From Camelus dromedarius (lineage: Eukaryota): a DNA stretch of 64,000 nucleotides. This document shows, in pieces, positions 39,480 through 52,597 of the stretch. The notes beneath the pieces were generated by a model that ran no database searches, was not told the DNA's origin, and saw only the letters and a list, made by a program, of their open reading frames with translations. The translations under genes and the position numbers were made by a program. Within the stretch, counting starts at the first letter, position 1, and each line of letters starts with the position of its first letter. The stretch is from contig NC_087436.1 in assembly GCF_036321535.1 (NCBI RefSeq), forward strand, positions 75,270,001-75,334,000, written 5' to 3'.

Positions 39480-39965
39480 CGGGATGGCGGGTTCGGGGAC
39501 GTGAGGCGCTGTGAGCTCCCACCTGCTCCGAGTTGAGGGGAAGTCGCCTAGCCAGTGCTTAGGGAGGGGGAAGGGAGCCGGCTGGCTGAGCGAGACGACT
39601 TAATCCACCGCGCCGGGCTCTCGGCTTCCCCTCCCGGCTCCATTCATTATTTGCCCGGCTGCGGGAAGAAGAGTTCACCTGCCCCGCCGCGCATCAGAGC
39701 CGCAGCGGCGGCCGCCGCGGGCGCGGGGCGGGGCGCCTTCTTCGAGCTGGTGCCGGCTGGGGGCGGCTCGCGGATGCAGACCCGGGAACCGGACTAGGGG
39801 AGGCGGCAGCCTCGGGGGAGGACAAAGCCCCGCCTCGGGTCGACCTGCAGCCCCCTGAGCGGCTGCCTTTTCCTAACTAGCTTCCAGGGAGAAAGTGGTG
39901 TGGCCTTCGAAATGCACAGCAGTGGGGACTTTCCGGTGGGCGAGGGTACCGCCTGCCCGCACCCT
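39480..39965. promoter_or_regulatory. Second CpG-rich block in intron 1
   Basis: Dense CpG with GC boxes (gcggcggccgccgcgggcgcggggcggggcgcc). Confidence 0.75.
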
Positions 39966-42900
39966 CCCAGGAAGTCTGTCAAGTGTGTACTGTTCCCGGG
40001 AAAAGCAGGTCTGGGGCCTGTGCAGCCTTTTTCAAACAGTGCCTAACCTGAAGAACTAGGTCTTTAGTGTGCGTGTGTGTGCAAACTTAAAAAACAACAA
40101 AAAACTTATAGGGCTTAATTATAGTAAAGCAGATGGGAGAGTCAACCCAGAATACAAATCTGAACTTGAGATTTAGAAAAATTACGTTTTCACTTGGTGG
40201 TGGCAGTTTCTTATTTAGGATCATATTCCAGCAACGCGGAAAACGTCCATCTGTCCCTGATAGCTCACCAGGGGGCAGTTGGAGATACATAGTTTTTCAG
40301 AAGTAAATCCCTTGAAATTACAAAAGCCATTATTATTAAGGGCCTGCAAGGTTCGCCCTTTGGAAGACTGATTGCTACCACGGTCAAAGTTTAAGGACGT
40401 CCAAAGTCTTCTGATGGGGGAGGAGGAGTGCAGGACGCGAGCGGCTCTATTCCAACAAAGATTCTTTGGAAACTTGGTTCCTTACTGTTTCACCCCACAT
40501 TCAGACCATTCGAGAATCATTTTACAACTTGGATTGAGAGACGTCTCTGAATTTCCATCCAAGTCATAATGACGCCTATTCATTCATAATGAATGAATAC
40601 GGACGTTTATTGAGCACATACTATTTGCTTGGCACTATGCTAAGCCTTTTACATACTTTATCTTATTTAGTTACTTTAATCAAACAGTCCCACAGCCCCC
40701 CCCCCCCCCAAATGAGACCTTTGATTTGGTTCCATCAGGATTTTCTTTCTCTTGAAAATAAGAGCATTGAGGTCAAAGACGGAACACTTAAGGATCTTAG
40801 AGATTTACTCAAGCTTTTATTATTAGCCTTGGCAGTGATTTTTAAAAATGGAAAAGACGCATTTACAAAAAATGGAAAAGAAGCATTCACATGTGCCTCT
40901 CTTGGTGTGACCTGCTCTGTGATACTCTTGCTGACCAGGCCGTGGCAGAGTTTGTCATTTTCTTCTCAATGCTCACCGCATACATGCTTCTATTACACCA
41001 GTTAATAATTCTACAATTATAATTGATAAAGTGCAACCTTCCTCACTTAACTCTCTGCTCACTGAGGGCATAGGATGGCTTCTAGTTATCCTAATGTCTC
41101 CAACTCAGCTCCTAGTACAAAATATATGCTAAAAAGCAGTAGTCAGGTGAGTGAGTATTGCCAAATCACATTTTGAATAAGCTCAGACTGGCCTCTCTGA
41201 TAGGTTGCTGTGTGACCTTGAATGAACCACCTAACTTCTTTGGGCTGTGGTCTGTTATTTACCAAGTGCAGAAGTCTGCTAAGTGATAGCTCTAAAATAC
41301 TTCTGCTAATCATACAGGATAGAAAAAGGAAAAAGATCAATATTTGCTGCCTTCTTTGTGGTCAGATGCAACTCTCTGATTCTGAATTTTATTTTAGTTA
41401 TTAAAAGAAAAATGAAGCTTTACAAGCAGATTATTGGCAGTGTGATTGATTTTACATTGTCTTATATGGCCAAGCTGACAAACTACTATGATTTGGGAAC
41501 TTAGTGAAAACAAGAGGTCACAGAGAAACATCTAGCAAACATGGCTGCTTTCTGAATCAGACGAGCTCCTCCATGATATTTTCTGGAGAAGCACGTCTTG
41601 AGTTGTGTTGACCCATGGAAATCCTGTGAAGTTACACTAGATAGAACATGTTGGTTTGGGGCTAGAGAAAGATTCTTCAATTGGAGGTTGAGGGAACTGA
41701 ATTGTAGTCTGTGTCCATCACTTCCCATATGACTTTAGCCAATCGCACAATCTTCCAGGCTTTTTCCTTTAAATGCCATTAACAGACTGCACTGAAAAGG
41801 ATTATCTGATAGCCACTGTGTTTTATTTATGGGTGGATCAGCATTTTTGGTTCCACTCTTGGCTGGAGAGTTCCTTCTGTGTAAGATTCAACACTTAAAA
41901 CTCAATGTTAAGGAAGGAAAGACATCGGCTGGGAAAAGTAGCCCATCTCTTCATTCTTTCATTCCACAAATCTTTATTGAGAGTTTATGTGTCAGATTGT
42001 GTCTGCTAGGGGCATACAGACATCAAAAAATCATAATACCTGCCCTCGAGGAGTTTGCATACCTAGAAATAATTAGTGTAGGTAAGTAGCAGTAGGGATA
42101 TGTGAACATTGGTACTTGGTGGGTTTCCCAATATTGAATAATAGCAACTTTGCATCTTATAGCTTTTGCAGCTACCTACTAGTGGAAATAAAGAGGTGTT
42201 GTATTGTCATAGGGTCTTATTTCCATCATATTACATTTCTATTCTCCTCTGGGGATCAGATTCTGGGTGTTACCCTCTGCATATAAATTCTTTAGTGAAG
42301 ACACAGCCATCTGTATTCACTGTTGTGGACTTGAGTGGCCGTATCACTCAATTTTACTCAGACACAAGTAGTCATAAAATACTCTCCGCCACTTGGCTCA
42401 GCAGAGGGGAGGGGACTTCCACATGGCATATTTGAAGGCGTGCACCAAATCATACTATAGTTCAAAAACAGTTGGCTCGTTTTCATTTTAACTACTCTAT
42501 TAATTTATCTGATTCCTGGTTGACAGTAATCAGGACATGAGCTATCCTGTCAGTCCAGAAAACGATTCTATTTTAACTGTTCCACAGTGTACAAGCCATA
42601 TGCTGAATTATAGCAGAACATTAAGCTTGAACATTTAAATGCCAACTTGTGGCTGCTTGTTTCTAATGAGTCATGTTTTTGTGATATCATGCTCTCCACA
42701 TGTCTTCATATCTCATGGTCATATCTGCCACTATTTCTTTGAACTAATGGGTCTGATATTTTGTGACTTTTGGATTAAACATCTCTAATACACTCAATTT
42801 ACCAGGTATGATTTCTGTAGAGAATAGTTGCAGGGTGTGAGTACTGGTACAAATTGTATCTCAAATTTTCCTCTGAACACTTCAGATTTTATAGAGGTGT

Positions 42901-45317
42901 CTCGTAATAGAGTACATTATTATGTGCCAGAGGGCTTAAAAGCAGACATTTACTTGTTGTTTAAATAAATAAGAAGTAACATTTTGTCTGCGTGACATGC
43001 AAGGAAGGTACCAACCACATGGGAGGAAGGTCTCAAGATCTCAGCTTTCTCCTTCGCACTGTGTGATCACTTCACCCTGCAAACCTTTATGCAGTTTCTC
43101 ACAGTTGTCAGAACTTAAATTACTTGCCACCTCAGCTGTGTTCCATGCCCTGAAACTGGCAAAGTTCTTGGTCAGAGATCTCCAGTTCCTCTTCTCTTAT
43201 TTTTCTCATTTTCCCTTGAAGAAGGCCTCTTTCTCCTTCTAGATCTGCCTCATAGTCAGAATTCCTCTTAAGCCGGAGTTTCCTTTCAAGTTCAAGTAAA
43301 GCCCAAATCCACACCTCAGATAGAGTTGCAGACATTCCAGGACTCCTCAAGAAAAGAAGTTATGAGTGGAGAGAGTAACTTTGTTTTCCAAAGTATATGA
43401 GTTGATTAATTAGTGAAAAGGCAGAACCAGAAGCCACACCCAGCACTCAATGCTAGCAGACCTCCCGCCTTTGTCTGCTGGTGGGTGTGAAGCGTGTGCC
43501 AGGGTGGGAGAAATATGCTTACTTTATAGGACTGCATCTGGCATTGGGTGGTGATGAATGTTTGATGGGCCTGGGCATCACAGTGGAATGCTTTCCTTTC
43601 TCCAGAGGGAAGCAATGAATTTTGGAAGCTATGTTAATGGAGACTCATTTCTGCAGCTGCTTTCCGGGTAGAGCTGTTGTGTTTTAGTAAAGCCCTCAGA
43701 GGCCAAAGCTTATTTCTTTTAGAATTTTACATCCTCGAGCAACCCAAATTGAGTTATTTGCTTTCCCTAATGATGGAATTTATCAGCAGTTACACATAGT
43801 TTTGACTTGAGTTTCTAGCAGGTGTTTGGCTTAACCAAGTGTGTATGTAGTGCCGCACTCATTGCTTCATTTTTCCATGTTACAGGGAGTTTGTAACGTC
43901 TGTCTAAATTTCCAGAAATGGGTTTTGATATGAGTACTTGGATACTTCCTAAGACACCTGATTCCTTTTGGAGCTTTGAAAAGATACTGGCTTTTGGAAG
44001 GTAGTGCTGTGGAGGAAACCAGTACAATTTTTTGAGGATGGTCTTGTCTAAAGATTAAATTTTGTTTGTTTGTTTTAAAGGTTAAATTTTGTTAAGTTGT
44101 TCCTAAGTGATCATCTTTATGGTTAACTTTTAAACATCAGAAATAATTAAATATGTCCATTTAAGTAACTTAAGAATTGAATTGTGTTGATTTTTTTTTA
44201 GTTATATATGATATTTTATATATATCTATATCCAAATATGTGTTATGTGTGTGTGTGTGTATATATATATCTCCTATCTTATGATATACCATGGACTGAA
44301 ATACTGTTTTTCGAATAGGATTTCTTGAAGAAAAATAAGTCAGTTACGAAGTATTTCCTCCCATGGTTTTATCTCAAGTTATTCTTATTTGAATGTAAAG
44401 GGCACAAAAGTCATTTCAATAAATTTACCCATGGAGATCTTTGATTCAAACCCCAAGTGTAAATAGCCATCTTATTTTCCTTGAAGACTGTTCTTAATTC
44501 CATTAGTGGTGGATAAGGTAGAGCAATCCTTTCCTGAGAAGTTGGTACTATTGAGACTTCATGAATGATCTGTTGGAGGCCAAGCATTGCAGTAAAACGT
44601 GTCCTTCCCTCTGGACAACAAGCGTGGCACAGTTGTCATGGTGTACTTCTGCCTTGGTGTGTGTATGCTATTCCAGTCTGTTTTGCAGCCCCAGTTTCTG
44701 AGATGGTAGCTGTTAGCAGACTGCCCACATGTTTGTAGATTAAATCTACACCTGTTGTGCTGTTCAAAAATTGGTTGAGAAAAAATATAATGTGGGCTGG
44801 ACAGCTTCACAAAGAAGACAGATTCAAGTTCAAGGAACTTGAATAGACCAAGTGTATCTCCTGCAGGAAAGAAAAATCAGCCAAGGCATTGAGATATGAA
44901 AGTATTATCCTAAGATCCTAAGTTGGCCTCTTAGGTTGGAATGAGGAATTTGTGTAAGCAAAGAGTGGCGGAGAATCTTTGATAAGTAAATTGGGACTAG
45001 ATTATGGAGGCTTCACTGATTAGTCATATAGGAGAATACACTGTATTTACAGCATGCCATTATAAATACATTTATCTTAAAATTCAAATAAGAAGTTTTG
45101 ATAAAACTTTTCCTCATGCATGTCCAAGAAATGTTGTTTTGGTGTATGGGATTATTTCCTCATGGACAGAATGCTCAAGCATTTAAGATTTTGGAAAAAG
45201 CACAGTTTGTTGATTGTGATTCATATAAGATGCAATTCAGTCTAAGGTGACCAGGGCAGTGCCTGTTGGTCTGTTATGCATCCCTTTTAATTCTTGTTTT
45301 GTATTTTTTCCCTACAG

Positions 45318-45349
45318 GTGCTTGTGTCTATCAGGGCTCCTTGTTGGCG
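45318..45349 (+). CDS. FRAS1: FRAS1 coding exon 2 (32 nt; (G)ACVYQGSLLA, start of first VWC repeat)
   Basis: Acceptor ttttgtattttttccctacAG and donor GCG|GTAGGT. In frame with exon 1 (G|GT = Gly) and matches recalled FRAS1 GACVYQ(D/G)SLLA. Confidence 0.96.
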
Positions 45350-46994
45350 GTAGGTCATTCTTCATATGTTTGGTTTATTTCTTTTGAATGTAAAATGCTT
45401 GATTGAGGGTGCTGAGTGAGTGTGGTGACCCTGTCATTGTGAAATATGTTTATTTTCCTTCACAGTTTGAGGATTATCCCTCACCCTGGCACAATCATGC
45501 TCAATTACTTAATACCTTTTCCAGAATGAATTAGTTCCATTTGGATACTCAAGTATTGGAAAAGCAGTTCAAACCCCCAACACAATTTGCATTCCATGGC
45601 TGCCCTGTGAGTTCTTTCAATCAGAGAGAAAATTAGATCTTATTCTCTTGTCACATATGAACTAGGGCACAATTTGTTTATCTTCCTGTTGCATTTGCTT
45701 CTTCCTTTGAACTCCCCCTCCAAAAAAATGTACGATTATTGAGTACAATATGGAAGCTCCTGACTGGTGCTTTGAATTAGACATGTAAGTTTTGGTAAAC
45801 AACAAACAAATTAAAATTTTATCTATGAACCTTTGCCACATAGAGTAGAATTGATTTTGAATGTAACGTCAGGATGACTTGGGGGAAAAACTGATGCAAG
45901 TCTCCTGCATTTCTTTTCATTAATAATGTACTGTGGTGCATAACAGTGTGTTAAGGCCTTATTGAAAAGACCGTCTACACTCCATCAACTCTAATAAATG
46001 GTGTGACAAGTCATTCTTCACCACTTTTTTATTCTGGTTTAATAAATGCTGTAATAAAAACAGAACTCAGGTGGTTGGAAAGGGTTTGCTCATTTACATC
46101 CCAACCTGCTATTGACATGTATGATACTAATATGCCATCTTGGATTATCCTTGTGCTATTGAAATAGATGAGAAATATTTGATGTATCTTGAGTCTAGAT
46201 AATTATAGGTGTTCATAGTAGTAGTCTTGAATCTGAACTTCATGTAATATAGTTACTGCTCTGGAGATTTATGGGTTTTTTCCTTCCTTATATTTTTTTT
46301 ATTAAAGAATCAGGAAAAAGCCATTTTACACTCTGTTTCTCATTCCATGCCCTTAAAAGCCTACTTTTCCTCCTGTTTATTCTTTAATACATTTTAGGAA
46401 TCATTTTAAAATCAAAGTGCATCATCAGTTTTAGGCAGCTGTAGTGATATCATAAGACAAGTTAGTTGTCCATCTTAATACAAAGAAAACTGCTTATTGT
46501 ACAGAGTACTTCATAGCTTTTCAATATATTTTCGTATCTATGGATTCATCCAATGCATACAATACACCAGTGAAATAGATGGGCCACATGTTATTTTACA
46601 CCCTCCCCCTTTTTAATGAAGGACCAGGGATGAGAGAGAGTGATTTGCTAAAGGTAACTGACTATGAAGGGGTGGACCAGAACAAAACAACATGTCTTCT
46701 TTCTGTTGTTCTGCATGAATCTGAAGAAAAGTGGCTAGACTACCTTCTGTGTTTGATATGGCTATGTGGTGTTGTACATTTGAGTGTGAAAGCATAAAGT
46801 ATGTAGAGAGGTTGGTTTGGTTCAAACAAGTTCAAGGTGTGTGCACCGGCCCACTCCTCACCCCTCCAGTGGCTTCTCAGCTTACCAAGACTCTGCTAAG
46901 TGCATTCCTTCACCTCTCCAGCCTGATGTGCTTTTTATTGCATTTATGCAGCTCTGTCAGAAACAATATATTTACCACAGCAATAAAGATTATT

Positions 46995-47535
46995 ATTAAA
47001 CAAATATTTATTGAGTGACAACTGTTGACTTGCTATTCTAGGCACTGAGAATGCATCACTGGACAGACAAAATCTTTGCCCTCCTGAAGGTCAGATTCTA
47101 ATGAGTAGAGTATTTAGAATGGCAGATAAGTGCTATGGAGGAAAATAGCATGGGGTGGGGAGATAGAAAAGGCTGAACAGGGGACGAGGGTGGCTACCTG
47201 AAAGAGGGGGATAGGGAAGGCCTCCCTGAGAAGGTAAGGTGACATTTGAACAAAGACCCGAAGGAGGGCACTGAGACCTAGCTGCCCTGGATATGTAGAG
47301 GAAGAGGATTCCTGTAAAGTCTGAAGCACGAGCTTGCTTGGCTATTTGAAGGAGTGTGGAGGTCAGTGTGGCTGGAGCGCGTGATCGGGGCAGGGTGAGG
47401 TTGGCAGGAGGTCAGAGAGGTGGGCAGTGACAGAGCACATGGGGTCTTGTGTGGACTTTAGCTTGTCCTCTCAGTCAGGTGGGTGAGCCACTGGAGGAGC
47501 TAGCGCAGAGGAATGACAAAATCTGACTTACAGTT
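46995..47535 (-). mobile_element. L2 3' end
   Basis: caaatatttattgagtg...ctaggcactg...tgccctcctgaagg...agggaaggcctccctgag..ggtgacatttga. Confidence 0.85.
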
Positions 47536-47539
47536 TAAT

Positions 47540-48003
47540 TAAACTGCTGAAAGGTGAATATGAAAAGAAATAGCACTCCTGTTTCGAGGGAAACTGTGTC
47601 GAATACTTTAAAAAGAGGTGAGTCACTAAAAATTTGCTGTCAAATTAAGTGTAAGAGAAACAGCTATAAAAGATGGGGGAAAAAACACAAAGATCCAGGG
47701 AGATTCTGCATTCGGATTTATTTGCAACCACTAAATTCTCTTTCCATTTTAAGGAATTTCAAACTAGAAGTGGGCATGATGCGTTCTGGCCATAGCTAAT
47801 TGTCTGTGTAATTCATTGCTGCTTTCTCTCCACCCGGCCTGGTCTTGAAGAAAAGCCCTGCACCTGCATCAGTGAAACTGAATGCATGTGCATTTATGTA
47901 CTTTGAATTCAAATAGAGTTTAAGAACATTCGTGTACTGTTCCAGGATTTTCTGATTAAACAACTCCCTGGGTGAGAGGATTTCTGCGGTGGGAGGCTTC
48001 ACA
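47540..48003 (+). mobile_element. Tigger (TcMar, Tigger13a-like) fragment with decayed transposase N-terminal HTH
   Basis: Frameshifted KRGESLK / IKDGGK / KLE / LKKSPA blocks resembling a CENP-B/pogo HTH. Confidence 0.65.
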
Positions 48004-48069
48004 GTCTGGAGCTGGCTTTGAGGATGATGGCATAGTGTCCAGACCCAAACCCTGTAAATTCTACTCACG

Positions 48070-50430
48070 TGCGTTTTAGAGCTGGGAGTGACTTCCGAGG
48101 TCACGTGGTCCAAACTCTCCATTTTATAGGTAGGGAAACTGGGGCAGGGGTGTGAAGTTCTTGGGCTTCCTTCGTTTCTCAGGTGAGTAACCAGAAGTGG
48201 AAAGTAAGGTCTAGTTGAAAATGACAACGCATCAGCCATGCCCAGAATTCCATGAAACATCCCAAGCAGATGAGAGCATGGATCCAGGTCCTGGTTGCTA
48301 GACGCTAACTTGCAGCTTGTCTTGTGAGGATTCCTTCCATTGACACCTTTTCCATCTCATCACTTGTTGCCTGGGAAGCTGCCAGATAGAGTGGAGCGTT
48401 CACAGCCTTTGTTGTCCGACAGACTTTGTTCTGACTCTTCCTCGTCTGCTACAAACCAGCTCTAACCAAGTTACATAACCTTCCTGAATCTCTGTCACCT
48501 CTTATATGAAATGGGAATACACAGAGCCTCTCCTGAAGGGTTTTTATAAGAAAGTTAATGTGGGGAAGACACCCAGGTGCAGTGCCTGGCATGCACTTCT
48601 CTGCAATAATAAAATTCCTCTTTACAACCGAGAAGAACAAGAGGAAGGGACAGTTATTCAGCACCTGCTGTATATTTCATACTCTCCACAATCCCAGGAA
48701 ATAGGTGTTATTTTTACAGATCAGGAAACTGAGGCTCAGAAAGCCTAAGTAAGTCACTTACTCAAAATCACACTGCTGGTCAGCGTTAGAGGAAGAGGGA
48801 GTTCCAACCCGGTTCTGACACCAACCCTGCTGTTTCTCACAGCCACACCAGCCTGCTTGTTGTCTTCGAACACAGCGATCTGATTTCCCCTTCAGCCTTC
48901 TATGCCCACTCCCTCCCGGCTGCACCTGCCACACAGTTGTCTCTGCCAGTCTCTGTCCTGACCTTCTGCAAAGCCAGCTGTCCCTGGCTAACCCCTTTCC
49001 ATTTAGCTGAGGCTCTCCTGCCCTAGTGCGCACTGAAGTCACCACACAACGCAGAGAACGTTGAGGGATCACTCCATCTTAATATATAATACATGCTGTA
49101 TTACATACATGTACCCACACACATCCCCAACAACGTGTCATCTTTCCCAACTTTTGACAGCTCTGTGGACTTGTGGTGACACTCTGGGGTAATTTGGTTC
49201 TAAGCTCCATGTAAGCATCTCTCAGTTGTGAACTGACTTCAGTTGTCCCTTGTTTTAACACTGTCTTTCCTGCCTTTCTCAGGTCAGAAATTACCAGAAG
49301 GGACTTAAAATACCCAGGAAGCTCCTCTGCCTTTAGAAACACTGTGTCATCAGTTTGGGGGTGTGTTTCTTACCCTGCAATACCACTGGGCTCGCAGGAC
49401 TTTCTCTAAAGTCAGCCCTGGTGGGAGAGACAGTGTGACTGTATTAAATCAGGAATCCATCAGAGGGAAACGACTTAGTTAATATATTTAACTGTGACAG
49501 GAGCTTCAAGTGCGAGGCAGAAAATAGATTTTATTTTTAAATTTCAAAGTTTTCACTTATCTCCTGTTTTTTTTTTTTTCTATCTATATTGAGTAAAAAG
49601 AATTTCACTTGCCTGTGGCATCACCACGAGCCAACAATTCTCCTTTATAGGTTCTTCCTGGGGGTGGATGGTTGGCCTCTTCCGTTTTTATGTCTGTGAA
49701 GTGTGAGGAACGATTTACTCCATCGAGTTGTTATGAAGGGCAGAGGAGGTCGGTGGGAAGCACTTAGCCCAGTGCTTGTGACCTGCAGGCAAGGTCAGCT
49801 GCTGTTATTGTTGCTCTGAAGCAGTTACGCTTGGCAAAGGTGGACACGGCGACTCTTCTCCCCTGGATCAAAAGTGTTGAGTGTTGGGATTGTCCTCCTT
49901 GAAATACTTTTGTTCACAAATGCTGACAGAGTGAGCAAAGTGGGGCACTGACTTTCAGCACATTTGAAAGGAAGAAAAAGTTTTCAAGAAGAATTAAAAT
50001 GTGGAGTGTTCATTATATATTGTATAGTGTGGTAGAAAGATCCAGGCTTTGGAATTTAAATCTTGGTTTTGCTCCATAATTGCTATGTGGCCTCAGATAT
50101 GATACTTTAAACAGCCGAGTCCCAGTTTCGTCATCTATATAGTGGGGATTATATTCCTCATAGGGTTGATGTGAGGACTACCTGAGAGCGCGCCTGGGAA
50201 AGAACCCAGAACTGTGCTGGGCAGGGAACAGACGCTCACATCTCCTATGTGGCAACAAGATGTCGAAGTGGACATGACTGCGTAATGGAAGCCAGGCTGT
50301 TTCTTGGTTTGGGTCCTGGCTCTGTAATTACTAGTTGTGTGGTATTGAGTAAGTCACTTGAATGAAACGAGGTCTTAGTTTCTAAATTTGTAATATGAGA
50401 GAGTTGGAGTAGATCCTCTCCAAGATTCCT
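48070..50430. mobile_element. Cluster of MIR fragments (48070-48210 -, 48420-48610 +, 48650-48820 -, 49640-49810 +, 50020-50240 +, 50290-50430 +)
   Basis: Repeated MIR core motifs (ggaaactgaggctcaga; cagtttcgtcatctat..tggggat). Confidence 0.7.
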
Positions 50431-50434
50431 TAGC

Positions 50435-50648
50435 ACAGTGCTAGCCAATGGAACTCTGTGTGTGATGGAAATGTTCCAGAGCTGCGTTGTCCAGTATGGT
50501 AGCCATGAACCACATGGAACTATTGAGCACTTGAGATCTGGCTAGTGACACTGAGGCACTGAACTTAGATTTTGCAGAATGTTAATTAATTAAGATTAAG
50601 ATGTAAACAGCCACATGTGGGTTGTGGCTACTGTATTGGGCTGTGCAG
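50435..50648. mobile_element. MER3-like hAT-Charlie MITE
   Basis: cagtgctagccaatggaact...gatggaaatgttc...ctattgagcacttgagat.tggctagtg...ggctactgtattgggctgtgcag. Confidence 0.9.
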
Positions 50649-50669
50649 CTCTAGGGCTTTAAAATTCTT

Positions 50670-52300
50670 TTTTTTAAACATTTTTTATTGATTTATAATC
50701 ATTTTACAAAGTCAAATTCCGGTGTAGAGCACAATTTTTCAGTTATACATGAACATACATATATTCATTGTCACATTTTTTTCTCTGTGAGATACCATAA
50801 GATCTTGTATATATTTCCCTGTGCTATACAGTATAATCTTATTTATCTATTCTACAATTTTGAAATCCCCATCTGTCCCTTCCCACCCCCTTGGCAACCA
50901 CAAGTTTGTATTCTATGTCTATGAATCTGTTTCTGTTTTATATTTATGCTTTGTTTGTTTGTTTGTTTGTTTTAGATTCCACATATGAGCGATCTCATAT
51001 GGTATTTTTCTTTCTCTTTCTGGCTTACTTCACTTAGAATGACATTCCCCAGGAGCATCCATGTTGCTGCAAATGGCATTGTCAGTTTTTATGGCTGAAT
51101 AGTATTCCATTGTATAAATATACCACTTCTTCTTTATCCAGTAATTTGTTGATGGACATTTAAGCTGTTTCCATGTGTTGGCTATAGTAAATAGTGCTGC
51201 TATGAACATTGGGGTGCAGGTGTCATTTTGAAGTAGGGTTCCTTCTGGGTATATGCCCAGGAGTGGGATTCCTGGATCATATGGTAAGTCTATTCCTAGT
51301 CTTTTGAGGAATCTCCATACTGTTTTCCACAGTGGCTGCACCAAACTGCATTCCCACCAGCAGTGTAGGAGGGTTCCCTTTTCTCCACAGCCTCTCCAGC
51401 ATTTGTCATTTGTGGATTTTTGAATGATGGCCATTCTGACTGGTGTGAGGTGATACCTCATTGTAGTTTTGATTTGCATTTCTCTGATAATTAGTGATAG
51501 TGAGCATTTTTTAATATGCCTATTGATCATGTGTATGTTTTCCTTGGAGAATTGCTTGTTTAGGTCTTCAGCCCATTTTTGGATTGGGTTGTTTATTTCT
51601 TTCTTATTAAGTCATATGAGCTGCTTATATATTCTAGAGATCAAGCCTTTGTTGGTTTAATTTGCAAAAATTTTTTCCCATTCCGTAGGTTGTTGTTTTG
51701 TTTTACTTATGGTTTCCTTTGCTGTGCAGAAGCTTGTAATTTTCATTAAGTCCCATTTGTTTATTCTTACTTTTATTTCTAATGCTTGAGTAGACTGTTC
51801 TAGGAGAACATTTTTGAGATGTATGTCAGATAATGTTTTGCCTATATTTTCTTCTAGGAGGTTTATTGTATTTTGTCTTATGTTTAAGTCTTTGATCCAT
51901 TTTGAGTTGATTTTTGTGTATGGTGTAGGGAGTGTTCTGGCTTCATTGTTTTACATGCTGCTGTCCAGTTTTCCCAACACCATTTGCTGAAGAGACTGTC
52001 TTTATTCCATTGTATATTCTTGCCTCCTTTGTCGAAGATTAGTTGACCAAAAGTTTGTGGGTTCATTTCTGGGCTCTCTGTTCTGTTCCATTGGTCTATA
52101 TGTCTGTGTTGGTACCAATACCATGCTGTCTTGATGACTGTAGCTCTATAGTATTGTCTGAAGTCTGGGAGAGTTATTCCTCCAGCCTCTTTCTTTCTCT
52201 TCAGTAATGTTTTGGCAATTCTAGGTCTTTGATGGTTCCATATAAATTTTATTATGATTTGTTCTAGTTCTGTGAAATATGTCCTGGGTAATTTGATAGG
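50670..52300 (-). mobile_element. Young 5'-truncated L1 (camelid-type), antisense in FRAS1 intron 2
   Basis: ORF 51030-51530 is the clean ORF2 C-terminus ([37 protein letters not shown]). Perfect 18-bp TSD TAGGGCTTTAAAATTCTT (50652, 52301). Confidence 0.98.
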
Positions 52301-52597
52301 TAGGGCTTTAAAATTCTTAACTTACTCTAGTACTTAAGCTTGAATTTTAGTCTCAAGGGTGGTTTTTACCCTCACTGTCCTGTTGTTAGCAGTCTGAGGA
52401 AAGTCACAAGAAATTTGTTAAAGTACCTGAGTTTGCTGTTTGTGTATATAATTACTTTATACGTATATACATACATGTATAATTATTACAACACTACTCT
52501 TCCCATATTGCTTGATATGTTTTCTCACATGAAAGAGAAGGGATGGAGTTACAGCTGAGCTCTCACCTGCAATCAGTCCTACATATTCTCTTACATT

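Larger units (their letters stand above)
38669..45317 (+). other. FRAS1: FRAS1 intron 1 (GT-AG, 6649 nt)
   Basis: Bounded by the donor and acceptor of the two exons above. Confidence 0.93.

Noticed and set aside
47554..47799. Possible domesticated TIGD/CENP-B-like gene
   Set aside because: Frameshifted, HTH fragment only, no DDE domain. An ordinary Tigger fossil.
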